Counted from the first letter of the stretch, positions 1-8,071 are shown. The stretch is DNA of 12,288 nt from an uncultured bacterium (GCA_965371515.1 CBDUYR010000067.1:1-12288), one strand, 5' to 3'. Notes: generated from the letters alone by a model not told the origin. Program-made: numbers and translations.

Positions 1-45
1 TGGGGGTTCGTAAAAAAGATGCTGGCATACAAGCACGAGGGATAG
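1..45 (+). CDS. Possible 3' end of an upstream gene (…WGFVKKMLAYKHEG*)
   Basis: Frame 1 is open from base 1 to TAG at 43-45, co-oriented with and 55 nt before the ORF at 101. Too short to identify. Confidence 0.3.
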   Translation, partial: WGFVKKMLAYKHEG

Positions 46-100
46 GACAGGACCGGATCGAAATTTTACGGTAGTCGACCCTGCAAATGAAAGGCATCTT

Positions 101-1615
101 ATGGGATTTCTAGCAGAGCGCTACCACTACCTCTTCCGCTCCACAAAGGGATTGGTGCTGGTAGCAATTGCCATGGTGTCCGTCGTGACGGCGATCTGGG
201 GAACGCTGTCCGGACCGATGGTCGAGTGGGGCGTAAGGGACATAACCGTCAAGATGCTCGGCATGCAGCTCGATCCGGTGGAGCGCGAAGGCCGGATAAT
301 CATGCTCTATCACACGATCGCCATGGCCATCATCGCCATAGAGGTCTATTTCATCACTTCGATCGTGCCGATGAAGAGGCACCAGCAGAGCACGATCAAC
401 GCCACGGTGACCTTCGGCTACCTCATATCGATGATATTCGGGCTGGCCTTCGCCTACTTCGGGCACAACTTCGTATTCCACGGCCTGTTCATCTTCGGCC
501 TCTCGCTTATATTCTTCTCCGGACTTCTCCTCGCAGCCGCCCTGTGGCCCTGGAACAGGGAGTATTACGTCACGGACAAGGGGTATGCCCATACGAGGAG
601 CGGCGTCGATCTCGAGCGGGTGGCCTTCTTCGTGATGGCTGTGGCCACGATCGGCTCGTCGATGTTCGGCGCAGTGACGGGCTCGTACTGGGGCAACGGC
701 CACGAGACCTTTCTCGCCGAGAACCTGATCCGCGAGCCCCACAAGACGGCGCTGCAGCTCTCTATAATCGGGCATCTTCATATAATGCTCACCCTCATCG
801 CCGTGGCCATAACGCTCGTCATAGGCCGCTGGCTCGACTTCAAGGGGATATTCCACAAGATCGCCATACCGATGATGATCGTCGGCACCGTTGTCATCAC
901 CCTCGGCGTCTGGGCGGTAGTACCGTTCGAGCCGATCGCGCATATCATCATCTATGTCGGCTCGGGCTTCGTGATGCTCTCCGCCCTTATGCTCGTCATC
1001 TTCGGCTGGCGCAAGCTGATCCACGACCGCCTGGCCGAGCAGGGCATTGCGAAGGCAGGCTTCGGGAAAAGGCTGAAGGCGCTCCTTCACGACCCGCTGA
1101 AGTTCGGGCCTCTATGGCAGATGGTCTTCATGAACTTCACCGTGAGCGGCGTCGGTATCTTTATGGCTGTGAAGCTCGACGAGATATTCCGCGTATGGCC
1201 GGCCCGCGAGGAGAGGATAATCCTCACGGGGCACTGGCACATCCTCGCGGCGATCATCGCCACGATCATCCTGATGTACTACGCCGACATCGCCGGCCTG
1301 AAGGGCAGGGCGCGCAAGCTCTTCGGCTGGACGCTGATCATCTGCTCCGACGTCGCTTTCGCCGCAGTAACGATCTTCGCGATGAAGCGTCTCTTCGTCG
1401 TGGAACTTTACCAGCAGCAGGTCGTCAACTGGACGATGGTCTTCATCGATATCGGGCTGGGAATGATACTTGTCATCCTGGCGGTCTTCATGCTGTGGCG
1501 GCTGTTCGACCTGTTCAAGGGCGAGGGGCTCTGGAAGAAGGAGGTGGCCAACCCGGAACTGGAGTTGGCGAGAACCGCGCCTGATTCCAGGGTCGACACC
1601 GGGGAGGTGGAATGA
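101..1615 (+). CDS. About 12-TM membrane protein; putative heme-copper oxidase homology (HCOH)-like heme-binding protein
   Basis: 504-aa ORF with AAAGG upstream and about 12 hydrophobic segments. Membrane His motifs are YH71, H127, GH225LH227, H281 and GH378WH380, recurring at a 153-154-residue period. It lies in an operon with heme O synthase. The CDS is secure; the function is inferred. Confidence 0.65.
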   Translation: MGFLAERYHYLFRSTKGLVLVAIAMVSVVTAIWGTLSGPMVEWGVRDITVKMLGMQLDPVEREGRIIMLYHTIAMAIIAIEVYFITSIVPMKRHQQSTINATVTFGYLISMIFGLAFAYFGHNFVFHGLFIFGLSLIFFSGLLLAAALWPWNREYYVTDKGYAHTRSGVDLERVAFFVMAVATIGSSMFGAVTGSYWGNGHETFLAENLIREPHKTALQLSIIGHLHIMLTLIAVAITLVIGRWLDFKGIFHKIAIPMMIVGTVVITLGVWAVVPFEPIAHIIIYVGSGFVMLSALMLVIFGWRKLIHDRLAEQGIAKAGFGKRLKALLHDPLKFGPLWQMVFMNFTVSGVGIFMAVKLDEIFRVWPAREERIILTGHWHILAAIIATIILMYYADIAGLKGRARKLFGWTLIICSDVAFAAVTIFAMKRLFVVELYQQQVVNWTMVFIDIGLGMILVILAVFMLWRLFDLFKGEGLWKKEVANPELELARTAPDSRVDTGEVE

Positions 1616-2532
1616 TGAAACGTATAACCGCAGCAGCGATCATACTTGGCCTCTCTGTCCTGATATCCTGCTCTCCCGCACCGAAAGAAGGCGGAAGCGA
1701 GGGCATCCCCTACATCGACACTGGCGTAGATACCGAGGCCTGGGCCCTCGTCCCGGCCGGCGAGTTCTTCGCCAGCCAGCACAGTCACGAGACGATGGTC
1801 GACTACGACTACGAGATCATGATCACCGACCTGACGAACGCACAGTACGCGAAATACCTCACTGAAGCGCTCGAAGCGGGCAGCATCAAACTCGTCGACA
1901 ACAGGATCCTGGGATACTATCCGGGCGACGAGTTCCACGGCTACAATCACGAGGTAGAGATAACGGCCGGCGACAAGCTCCACATGCCCCTCGGCGAACC
2001 GGGATGCCGCATCAGGTACGATGAAGATGGATTCACCGTCGAAAAGGGCTTTTCGAACCACCCCGTGGTGATGGTGACGTGGTTCGGAGCTAAGGCCTGT
2101 GCCGACTTCTACGGGTACCGGCTCCCTTCAGAGATCGAGTGGGAAAAGGCGGCGCGCGGCACCGATGAAAGGGTATATCCCTGGGGAGACGAGCTTGCCC
2201 ACGACCAGGCGAACTACTACAGCAACCGTAACCTCACGGAGAAGCTGTTCGGCGAGTTCATCCCCACAACGCCTGTGGGATATTACAACGGCAACACATA
2301 CAACGGCCGGAAGACGACGGAGGGAAAGAGCCCTTACGGGCTATACGATATGGCGGGCAATGTCTGGCAGTGGACCGGGGACATCTATCATTACCAGCAC
2401 CTGCGCTACATGCGCGGCGGCAGCTCGGCCAACTACGAGTACAACCTCACCGTCTGGATGCGCAACAGCGCCTCTCCAGACCATTACGGGATAAACATCG
2501 GGTTCCGCTGCGTGCGCGATCCGCAGGACTAG
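1612..2532 (+). CDS. FGE-sulfatase (SUMF1/NirV-like) domain lipoprotein
   Basis: Motifs HPVVMVTW, RLPSEIEWEKAARG, YPWG, YGLYDMAGNVWQW, RGGS and NIGFRC. N-terminal signal peptide with lipobox LISC (C20). GGAGGT at 1603-1608 and ATGA overlap with the upstream stop. Confidence 0.9.
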   Translation: MMKRITAAAIILGLSVLISCSPAPKEGGSEGIPYIDTGVDTEAWALVPAGEFFASQHSHETMVDYDYEIMITDLTNAQYAKYLTEALEAGSIKLVDNRILGYYPGDEFHGYNHEVEITAGDKLHMPLGEPGCRIRYDEDGFTVEKGFSNHPVVMVTWFGAKACADFYGYRLPSEIEWEKAARGTDERVYPWGDELAHDQANYYSNRNLTEKLFGEFIPTTPVGYYNGNTYNGRKTTEGKSPYGLYDMAGNVWQWTGDIYHYQHLRYMRGGSSANYEYNLTVWMRNSASPDHYGINIGFRCVRDPQD

Positions 2533-2541
2533 AGGGCGAAA

Positions 2542-3417
2542 GTGATGCGATCTGTAGGACAACGGCTCCTGCTCTATCTTCCCCTGATAAAGGCGAGGCA
2601 GACCGCCCTCCTGCTCATCACGGGATTCGCCGGATATGTCAGCTCACAGCCGGGCGTGCTGAGCTGGGAAACGATAGCGGGGCTCCTCGGAGCCCTCGCC
2701 CTAGCTATAAGCGGCAGCACCGTGCTCAACATGGTCTTCGACCGCGACATCGACGCCAGGATGAGCCGCACCGCACAACGCCCCCTCCCCGCGGGAAAGA
2801 TCGGTGACAGGGAAGCGCTGACCCTCGGCCTGGCCATCTCCTCGGCCGGCCTGCTCTGGGCCTTCTCCCTGTCAATCGTATTCGGATCAGTGGTATTCGC
2901 CGGGCTGTTTATCGACGTGGTCATATACACCCTATGGCTTAAGCGCAGGACGGCCTGGTCGATAATCTGGGGCGGGATCTCGGGAGGTATGCCGATACTG
3001 GCCGGTCGGGTCCTGGGCACGGGAACGGTAGACTATATCGGCATCCTGCTCGCCGTCTCGATCCTGCTCTGGATACCTACCCACATCCTGACATTCAGCC
3101 TGACCGGCAAGCACAGCGACGATTACCGCCGCGCCGGCATCCCGACCTTCCCCCAGGTATACGGACAGGGAAAGACACGTATAATCATCGCCCTGTCGAG
3201 CACAGGCGCCGCATGCTCGATCGCACTCGGATGCTTCGCGCTCGGCCTCGAGGGAGGGTACATCAGGCTGCTCTCCGTTCTTACGGCCGGCATTATCGGG
3301 CTCGCGATCTTCAGCATCTACAGGCCGTCTGACAGAGTGGACTTCGGGCTGTTCAAGTACGCATCTCTCTACATGCTCGGCGCTATGCTGATGCTCGTCC
3401 TCGGAACCCTCAAATGA
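2542..3417 (+). CDS. ctaB: Protoheme IX farnesyltransferase (heme O synthase), UbiA family
   Basis: Signature NMVFDRDIDARMSRTAQRPLPAG plus YTLWLKRRT, GGISGGMP, WIPTH, DDYRRAGIP and LFKYASLY; multi-TM. Start is GTG 2542 or ATG 2545, with GAGGG upstream. Confidence 0.93.
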   Translation: MMRSVGQRLLLYLPLIKARQTALLLITGFAGYVSSQPGVLSWETIAGLLGALALAISGSTVLNMVFDRDIDARMSRTAQRPLPAGKIGDREALTLGLAISSAGLLWAFSLSIVFGSVVFAGLFIDVVIYTLWLKRRTAWSIIWGGISGGMPILAGRVLGTGTVDYIGILLAVSILLWIPTHILTFSLTGKHSDDYRRAGIPTFPQVYGQGKTRIIIALSSTGAACSIALGCFALGLEGGYIRLLSVLTAGIIGLAIFSIYRPSDRVDFGLFKYASLYMLGAMLMLVLGTLK

Positions 3418-4019
3418 AGAAGATATCGATCCTCGACCGGCTGGTACTTCTCGCCACGGCGCACGCTGCGGGCTTCCAGATCATAAAGGGCCTGGAGGGC
3501 TGCGGATTCTGGCCGTCCCTTTACTTCACGATTACCTTCGGCGCAATAATCCTCTCCTGTCTCCTCCTGATCCTCTTCGGCTTCGATATCCTCGGCCACA
3601 GGATGGTCGTGGTTGCGGCGACGCTGATACCCCTGAGCCTCTCGACCGGAATCGTCTCGGTCTACCTGCCCCGTTTCCATGCCGCATATGCGACGTTTGC
3701 CGCAGCGGGCTTCATCCTCATCGTGGTCACGAGGATATTCAGCACGGACAGAACGGCCACCGTAGCCTTGGTGTGGATTCACGGGATAGCCGGCCTGATG
3801 ATATTCGCCGCGCCCCTGATTCTCAGTATCAACGGCATCACGCCGCCTCTCTTTGCCCTGGTAGGGATCGGCGGCGGCGTCAACGGGCTTGCCGGTCTAC
3901 TGCTCGCTTTTCTCAGGATGGACAGACCGCTTCTGTCGCAGGAGCGGATCTATTCCCTGATGCCGGCGCTCCTGCTCTTCACGACTGCGTTGTTCGTTAT
4001 CGGGATGAGCGCCGATTGA
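3414..4019 (+). CDS. Hypothetical integral membrane protein (6-7 TM)
   Basis: 201-aa hydrophobic ORF whose ATG overlaps the ctaB stop (ATGA 3414-3417). His in hydrophobic stretches at H17 and H123. Confidence 0.8.
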   Translation: MKKISILDRLVLLATAHAAGFQIIKGLEGCGFWPSLYFTITFGAIILSCLLLILFGFDILGHRMVVVAATLIPLSLSTGIVSVYLPRFHAAYATFAAAGFILIVVTRIFSTDRTATVALVWIHGIAGLMIFAAPLILSINGITPPLFALVGIGGGVNGLAGLLLAFLRMDRPLLSQERIYSLMPALLLFTTALFVIGMSAD

Positions 4020-4035
4020 TTACTTCCAAACGATT

Positions 4036-5100
4036 CTATTCCTTTTCAGTCTTTTCCTGGGAATAATTTACTGCCATGATAGGGAATGGAATCACAATAC
4101 CCTCTGCGTCATACCGCTTGTGAAGTTTCTTAATGAATTCGTGTTTGATCCGATAACTGTCGACAAATTCCTTGCAGCGCAGGATCACGGTAAAATCTAT
4201 GCTGGAGTTGTTGAACGTATGGTATCGGATGAAAGGTGTGAACTCGGGAACTCCCCCATCCACCGTCTTCATGATCTCTTCGCCCGTTTCGACCGTCACC
4301 TTCTCGACATGTTCCAGATCGGAATCATAGTGCACGCCCACCTGAACCAGAACCGACATGACCTGGTCGGGATAGTAGTAGTTTGTGACTCTCGAATTGA
4401 CCAATAACTTATTGGGAATCACTACCGTGTTATTCTGAAGCATCCTTACCCAGCTGGAACGCCAGCCGATCTTCTGTACATATCCCTGCTCGCCGGATTC
4501 GAGCTTGATGAAATGCCCGACCATGATCGGCTTGTCGATCATGATCTGGACCCCGGAAAAGAAATTCTCGAGGGTCGGCTGCAATGCGAGTGCGAGGGCC
4601 AGGGAACCGATGCCCAGGGATGCGATCAGCGGCGTGATCGAAACGCCAAAACTGTCCAGCAGGATCATAAGGCCCAGGCCAAGAACAATTATCCGCACTA
4701 TACCCTGGGCTACGCCCCCTGAAGACTTGAGAACATCGACCTTGCTGGAATAATTCTTTATGAGCCCTCGCAATAATCTGTCGACAAAGATGATCACTGC
4801 GACGATGGCCGCAGCTCTTAGAGCGATGAAGAAATATCTCGTGAGTTCCGCATTTTCACCGAGAGGGGAGATCGCTTCCAGGATAAAGACCCCGCTGACA
4901 AATATGAGCAATGTCAGGGGCAGGTTCAGGGCGTTCATCAATACATCATCGAGCTGCGTCTTCGTCCTGCCGACCCAATGCTTTATCCGGTTGAATGCGA
5001 GTTTCTTACAAAGAAGCAGTATGCTTACCCATAATAAATATACAATGGGAGCATATATCCAGGCTGAGATCTCCACATTGAAAACAGATATGCTGTTCAT
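4036..5100 (-). CDS. mscS: Small-conductance mechanosensitive channel (MscS family)
   Basis: Pore region SLGIGSLALALALQPTLENFFSG, KPIMVGHFI, GYVQKIGWRSS, IPN and C-terminal GIVIPFP. Strong RBS AGGAGG at about 5107-5112 on the minus strand. Confidence 0.93.
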   Translation of the reverse strand: MNSISVFNVEISAWIYAPIVYLLWVSILLLCKKLAFNRIKHWVGRTKTQLDDVLMNALNLPLTLLIFVSGVFILEAISPLGENAELTRYFFIALRAAAIVAVIIFVDRLLRGLIKNYSSKVDVLKSSGGVAQGIVRIIVLGLGLMILLDSFGVSITPLIASLGIGSLALALALQPTLENFFSGVQIMIDKPIMVGHFIKLESGEQGYVQKIGWRSSWVRMLQNNTVVIPNKLLVNSRVTNYYYPDQVMSVLVQVGVHYDSDLEHVEKVTVETGEEIMKTVDGGVPEFTPFIRYHTFNNSSIDFTVILRCKEFVDSYRIKHEFIKKLHKRYDAEGIVIPFPIMAVNYSQEKTEKE

Positions 5101-5131
5101 TTGTTTCCTCCTTCATCATCCATGCACATCG

Positions 5132-5785
5132 TCATCCGGTCTCATCGCTTTTTCTCACCGCATTAATAAATACGATCACACCCGATAACAAACCAATCGA
5201 AAATATCTCCCATCGAAAAGAAGTTGGCACTTCCTGAGCGATTACCGCTTCAGCATTGGTCAGGAATGATCCGATGATGATCAGTCCAGCCGCCACTTCC
5301 AGTATCCAGTGTCTTCTGGAAATACAGACAGGTCTGTTCTGGCTTTCTCGAAGCCAGATAAGAACGCCGGAACCTATCAGGCATATTGAAACGAGCACGG
5401 GGGCGATCACCGGACCGACCCAGGGCAGCGGGATCAGGAATAATATATCCCAGTCCAGCAGGCTGATAGGCCAATCCAGTGAAAGTTTTAAAAATACGTA
5501 ATAAAAGATATCCCAAACACCGAAGGCGATCATAAAGCCCGCAAATCGTCCCAGAAAACTCTTTGCCGACAGCCAGCCGACCGCCGCCAAAATGATGATC
5601 GTTGCGGCTTCCCGCAGCAGTTCTATAACAAGGATTTTCGAAGGAAGTATTTTCAGCGGAAAGCAAAATCCTTCGGGATAGTAAAGCTCCCGCAGATAAA
5701 CCACGACAGCCGCTTCCAGAAAAGCCATGGCAATGGAAAAAGTAATAACCGCAGCCAGTGCTTTTCCTGGAAATTTATCATTCAT
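5132..5785 (-). CDS. Conserved hypothetical membrane protein
   Basis: Multi-TM ORF with AFLEAAVVVYLR, ELLREAAT, FGVWDIFYY and DWDILFLIPLPWVGPV. ATG at 5785 is preferred over the track's TTG at 5803. Function unknown. Confidence 0.75.
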   Translation of the reverse strand: MNDKFPGKALAAVITFSIAMAFLEAAVVVYLRELYYPEGFCFPLKILPSKILVIELLREAATIIILAAVGWLSAKSFLGRFAGFMIAFGVWDIFYYVFLKLSLDWPISLLDWDILFLIPLPWVGPVIAPVLVSICLIGSGVLIWLRESQNRPVCISRRHWILEVAAGLIIIGSFLTNAEAVIAQEVPTSFRWEIFSIGLLSGVIVFINAVRKSDETG

Positions 5786-5823
5786 GTCTATTAACCGCTG
5801 CAATCAGCCGTATGATTTCAACC

Positions 5824-6900
5824 TTATGTCTTGTGCCGCACGTTCATGCTTCGATTGTCTGTTTGTTTTATTCTGCTGAGCGCAATTTCTGCGATTTTAT
5901 GTATTGCTTCCTGATAAGTAATATCAGTGTTTATATAACAAGCTCTTATAAAATAGCTGCAATCTATATCTCTGGGACGCCGTGTCATTCCTGGAACCAG
6001 GTTTGCCTCGAGAAAATATGGACGGCTTTGATCATCCATTAGAATATCAATTCTGCCATAATCTCTCGCACCTAAAGCTTTAAAAGCATTTCTGGCGATC
6101 GCAGCCACACTTTCATATATATCTTTATCATCTATTGCAATTACCTTTTCTTGATTTTCTCTTTTTACATTATAGCCAAGGATTTTATTGCCCGACTTTT
6201 TATCCGAAACGATTATTTCTACTGGCATGGCTATTGGTTCACCATTCGAATCTGAACCGAGTATTGAAACTGTAAATTCTCTGCCGCTTATAAACTTTTC
6301 CACTAAAGATGATTGTTTGAATTCACAATAAATATTATGGATTATCTTTTGATAACTTTCAAAATCATAAACGACGGAATCACTTCCGATACCCTTGCTG
6401 TCACCTTCACGCAGGGGCTTTATAAATAAAGGAGTGTTAATTGGAATTTCATTCGCACTTTTGTACATTCCAGGTTTCGCAACAAAAAAGGGGGCTGTGT
6501 TTATTCCAAATTCCTTTACTCGTATTTTTGCTTCGTCTTTGCTGAACTCAAGCTCAATGGCATCTTTACCCGAACCAGTATAATTTATACCAGCTTCTTC
6601 CATATATTCTGATATCCATATTTTATCTTCTTGGTATTTTGTTATTTCAACTCCATTAAAAATAATATATTTGATCCCGGTGAATACTAAATCAGGTTTT
6701 CTGCGGACGATATTTACCAGATCTGATTTTGTTCTAACGATATTAAAATTAACATGTGTGTATTTTTCTGATAAAGCATTGTAAACACTTCTGCAATTCT
6801 CCACAGAACCAAAACCCATCATGGCCAAATCAGCAATATCGGTTGCTATGACTTCAATAAATCTGTTTTCTTTTTTATCATCTCTTACATCAATTAACAT
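5824..6900 (-). CDS. D-Ala-D-Ala ligase-like ATP-grasp protein (atypical)
   Basis: YTGS, FIKPLREGDSKGI, LVEKFISGREFTVSILG, RDYGRIDI and FLEANLVPGM. AAAGGA upstream. It lacks the N-terminal GGxSxE motif of canonical Ddl. AT-rich. Confidence 0.85.
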   Translation of the reverse strand: MLIDVRDDKKENRFIEVIATDIADLAMMGFGSVENCRSVYNALSEKYTHVNFNIVRTKSDLVNIVRRKPDLVFTGIKYIIFNGVEITKYQEDKIWISEYMEEAGINYTGSGKDAIELEFSKDEAKIRVKEFGINTAPFFVAKPGMYKSANEIPINTPLFIKPLREGDSKGIGSDSVVYDFESYQKIIHNIYCEFKQSSLVEKFISGREFTVSILGSDSNGEPIAMPVEIIVSDKKSGNKILGYNVKRENQEKVIAIDDKDIYESVAAIARNAFKALGARDYGRIDILMDDQSRPYFLEANLVPGMTRRPRDIDCSYFIRACYINTDITYQEAIHKIAEIALSRIKQTDNRSMNVRHKT

Positions 6901-6971
6901 TTTATAATGAATCCTTTATTAAACTTGCGGAGGATATAAATCACAGCCGATGATTGTCATCATAATAAGTG

Positions 6972-7030
6972 ACCGGAGTCAACGATATCCTCTTCGCCGG
7001 GAGAAATAATTGTCGTTGATCAGCACCGGT
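6972..7030. repeat. Imperfect intergenic inverted repeat (about 60 nt)
   Basis: ACCGG 6972-6976 pairs with CCGGT 7026-7030, and TCAACGA 6979-6985 pairs with TCGTTGA 7013-7019. Confidence 0.4.
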
Positions 7031-7101
7031 AGCAAACGATAGCTGATTTCTTATCCCTTTGATTTCCTTGACGAAAATATATAGGCAATACGGGACTTGA
7101 A

Positions 7102-7440
7102 CTACCGGGCACGCGACTGTTGTGCTGCATAATTGAAATGATCGAAGTAACTGCGCCAGAGGGTCTCAGAAGACGAAAACTCGTTATCCCCCCAGAAATA
7201 ATCCACGATGGCTTCACGCAGGCGTGCCACCTCCCTGAGCCTCGGAAAGGATTCCGCACATTCAAGGCTGAGGTCTATGAGCTCCAGCGCCCTAACCGCC
7301 GCCTTTTGAGAGTATTCCTCGTTGCCCTTCTTCCTCCAGTTCAGCGCCCGGCTGACCTCACTTCCGATGTTGGCCATCTGCTCTGAAAGGGTCATCTCCT
7401 TCCACCGGCCCGAGGCAAGATCTGCATGCTGACGATTCAT
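7102..7440 (-). CDS. Conserved hypothetical alpha-helical protein
   Basis: GRW…EQMANIGSEVSRA…RALELID…EVARLRE…YF. ATG at 7440 overlaps the upstream TGA (ATGA 7440-7437), so this start is preferred over 7452. Confidence 0.8.
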   Translation of the reverse strand: MNRQHADLASGRWKEMTLSEQMANIGSEVSRALNWRKKGNEEYSQKAAVRALELIDLSLECAESFPRLREVARLREAIVDYFWGDNEFSSSETLWRSYFDHFNYAAQQSRAR

Positions 7441-7778
7441 CCCGTCACCCATCTGCCGACGATGCCGGCTATCTTGTCACGTATCGCTTCATCGTCCACT
7501 CCCCGACTCAAGTTGCCCTGGGAGGGGCGCATATTAATCATGGAATCGAATTCCAGAAAATCGTCTCCCTCCAGGGAGGGGTACAGATTGATTCCCCAGA
7601 GGTCGTTCTGCTGCGAACCGTTCTCCAGGAGCATGGCCTCAAGATCAGAGTGCAGTTCGGCGTCGACCGCAAGAAGGTCCAGGCGCACATCGACCACACC
7701 CTTCACAAGGTCACCGAACATGTCACCAGCTATTGATTTCAGTTCATCCTTCGTAACCGGCCCGTCAAGTATACGCAT
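7437..7778 (-). CDS. DUF5674-like protein
   Basis: VKGVVDV, AVDAELHSDLE, LLENGS, LWGINLYP, EFDSMINMRPSQGN. ATG at 7778 is preceded by GGGGGAG. Family name recognised from memory. Confidence 0.8.
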   Translation of the reverse strand: MRILDGPVTKDELKSIAGDMFGDLVKGVVDVRLDLLAVDAELHSDLEAMLLENGSQQNDLWGINLYPSLEGDDFLEFDSMINMRPSQGNLSRGVDDEAIRDKIAGIVGRWVTG

Positions 7779-7895
7779 GGACTCCCCCGGGATTGCCATC
7801 CACAACACGCGCAGATGACATTACATCAGACAATCGATCCGATCCTGATCAGATTACAGGTTACCAGAGATAGCTTCTGCCGAGAAAGGACAAAT

Positions 7896-7942
7896 CGGCG
7901 AAAAACTCTACCTTAGAAATGTCCACTTGACGGGGAAGCTTA
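7896..7942 (-). mobile_element. Probable IS3-family terminal sequence (orphan end, no transposase in the window)
   Basis: The minus strand reads TAAGCTTCCCCGTCAAGTGGACATTTCTAAGGTAGAGTTTTTCGCCG, resembling the IS3-type end pattern TG/TA-N-CTTCCCC…GTGGACA as recalled. It starts exactly where a signal-peptide ORF stops looking native. Confidence 0.5.
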
Positions 7943-8021
7943 CGACATCAGCTGGCGCAGATCCGGACAGGACCATCAACAGGATTGTGATCACTGATGA
8001 AATGGTTTGATATCTGTTCAT
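7908..8021 (-). pseudogene. Truncated 5' end of a secreted-protein gene (signal peptide only)
   Basis: GGGAG RBS (8031-8027) and ATG at 8021, translating MNRYQTISSVITILLMVLSGSAPA|DV. The frame then reads into the IS-like end and stops at TAG 7910-7908 (37 aa). Not in the supplied ORF track. Confidence 0.6.
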
Positions 8022-8071
8022 TAATACTCCCTAGAATCAAGATGTTACCATTATCGACGGACGTAAATCGA

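Noticed and set aside
110..1584. Long alternative ORFs 110-1090 (-) and 226-1584 (+)
   Set aside because: Shadow frames of a GC-rich hydrophobic gene with biased Arg/His or Asp/Glu composition and no recognisable motifs.
101..1615. Calling the gene coxA/ctaD/cyoB/norB
   Set aside because: It lacks HPxVY (or HLWVE) and the adjacent HH CuB/FeB ligands, and no subunit II gene is in the window.
1612..2532. Functional formylglycine-generating enzyme or DGR target
   Set aside because: The catalytic Cys pair is absent. No sulfatase, reverse transcriptase or template repeat is visible in the window.
5824..6900. vanA/vanB-type resistance ligase or canonical ddl
   Set aside because: No vanH/X/R/S or mur/fts neighbours, and the canonical N-terminal and omega-loop motifs are missing.
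6972..7030. Integron attC site flanking the AT-rich gene
   Set aside because: The ends do not fit RYYYAAC/GTTRRRY, and there is no second site or integrase.
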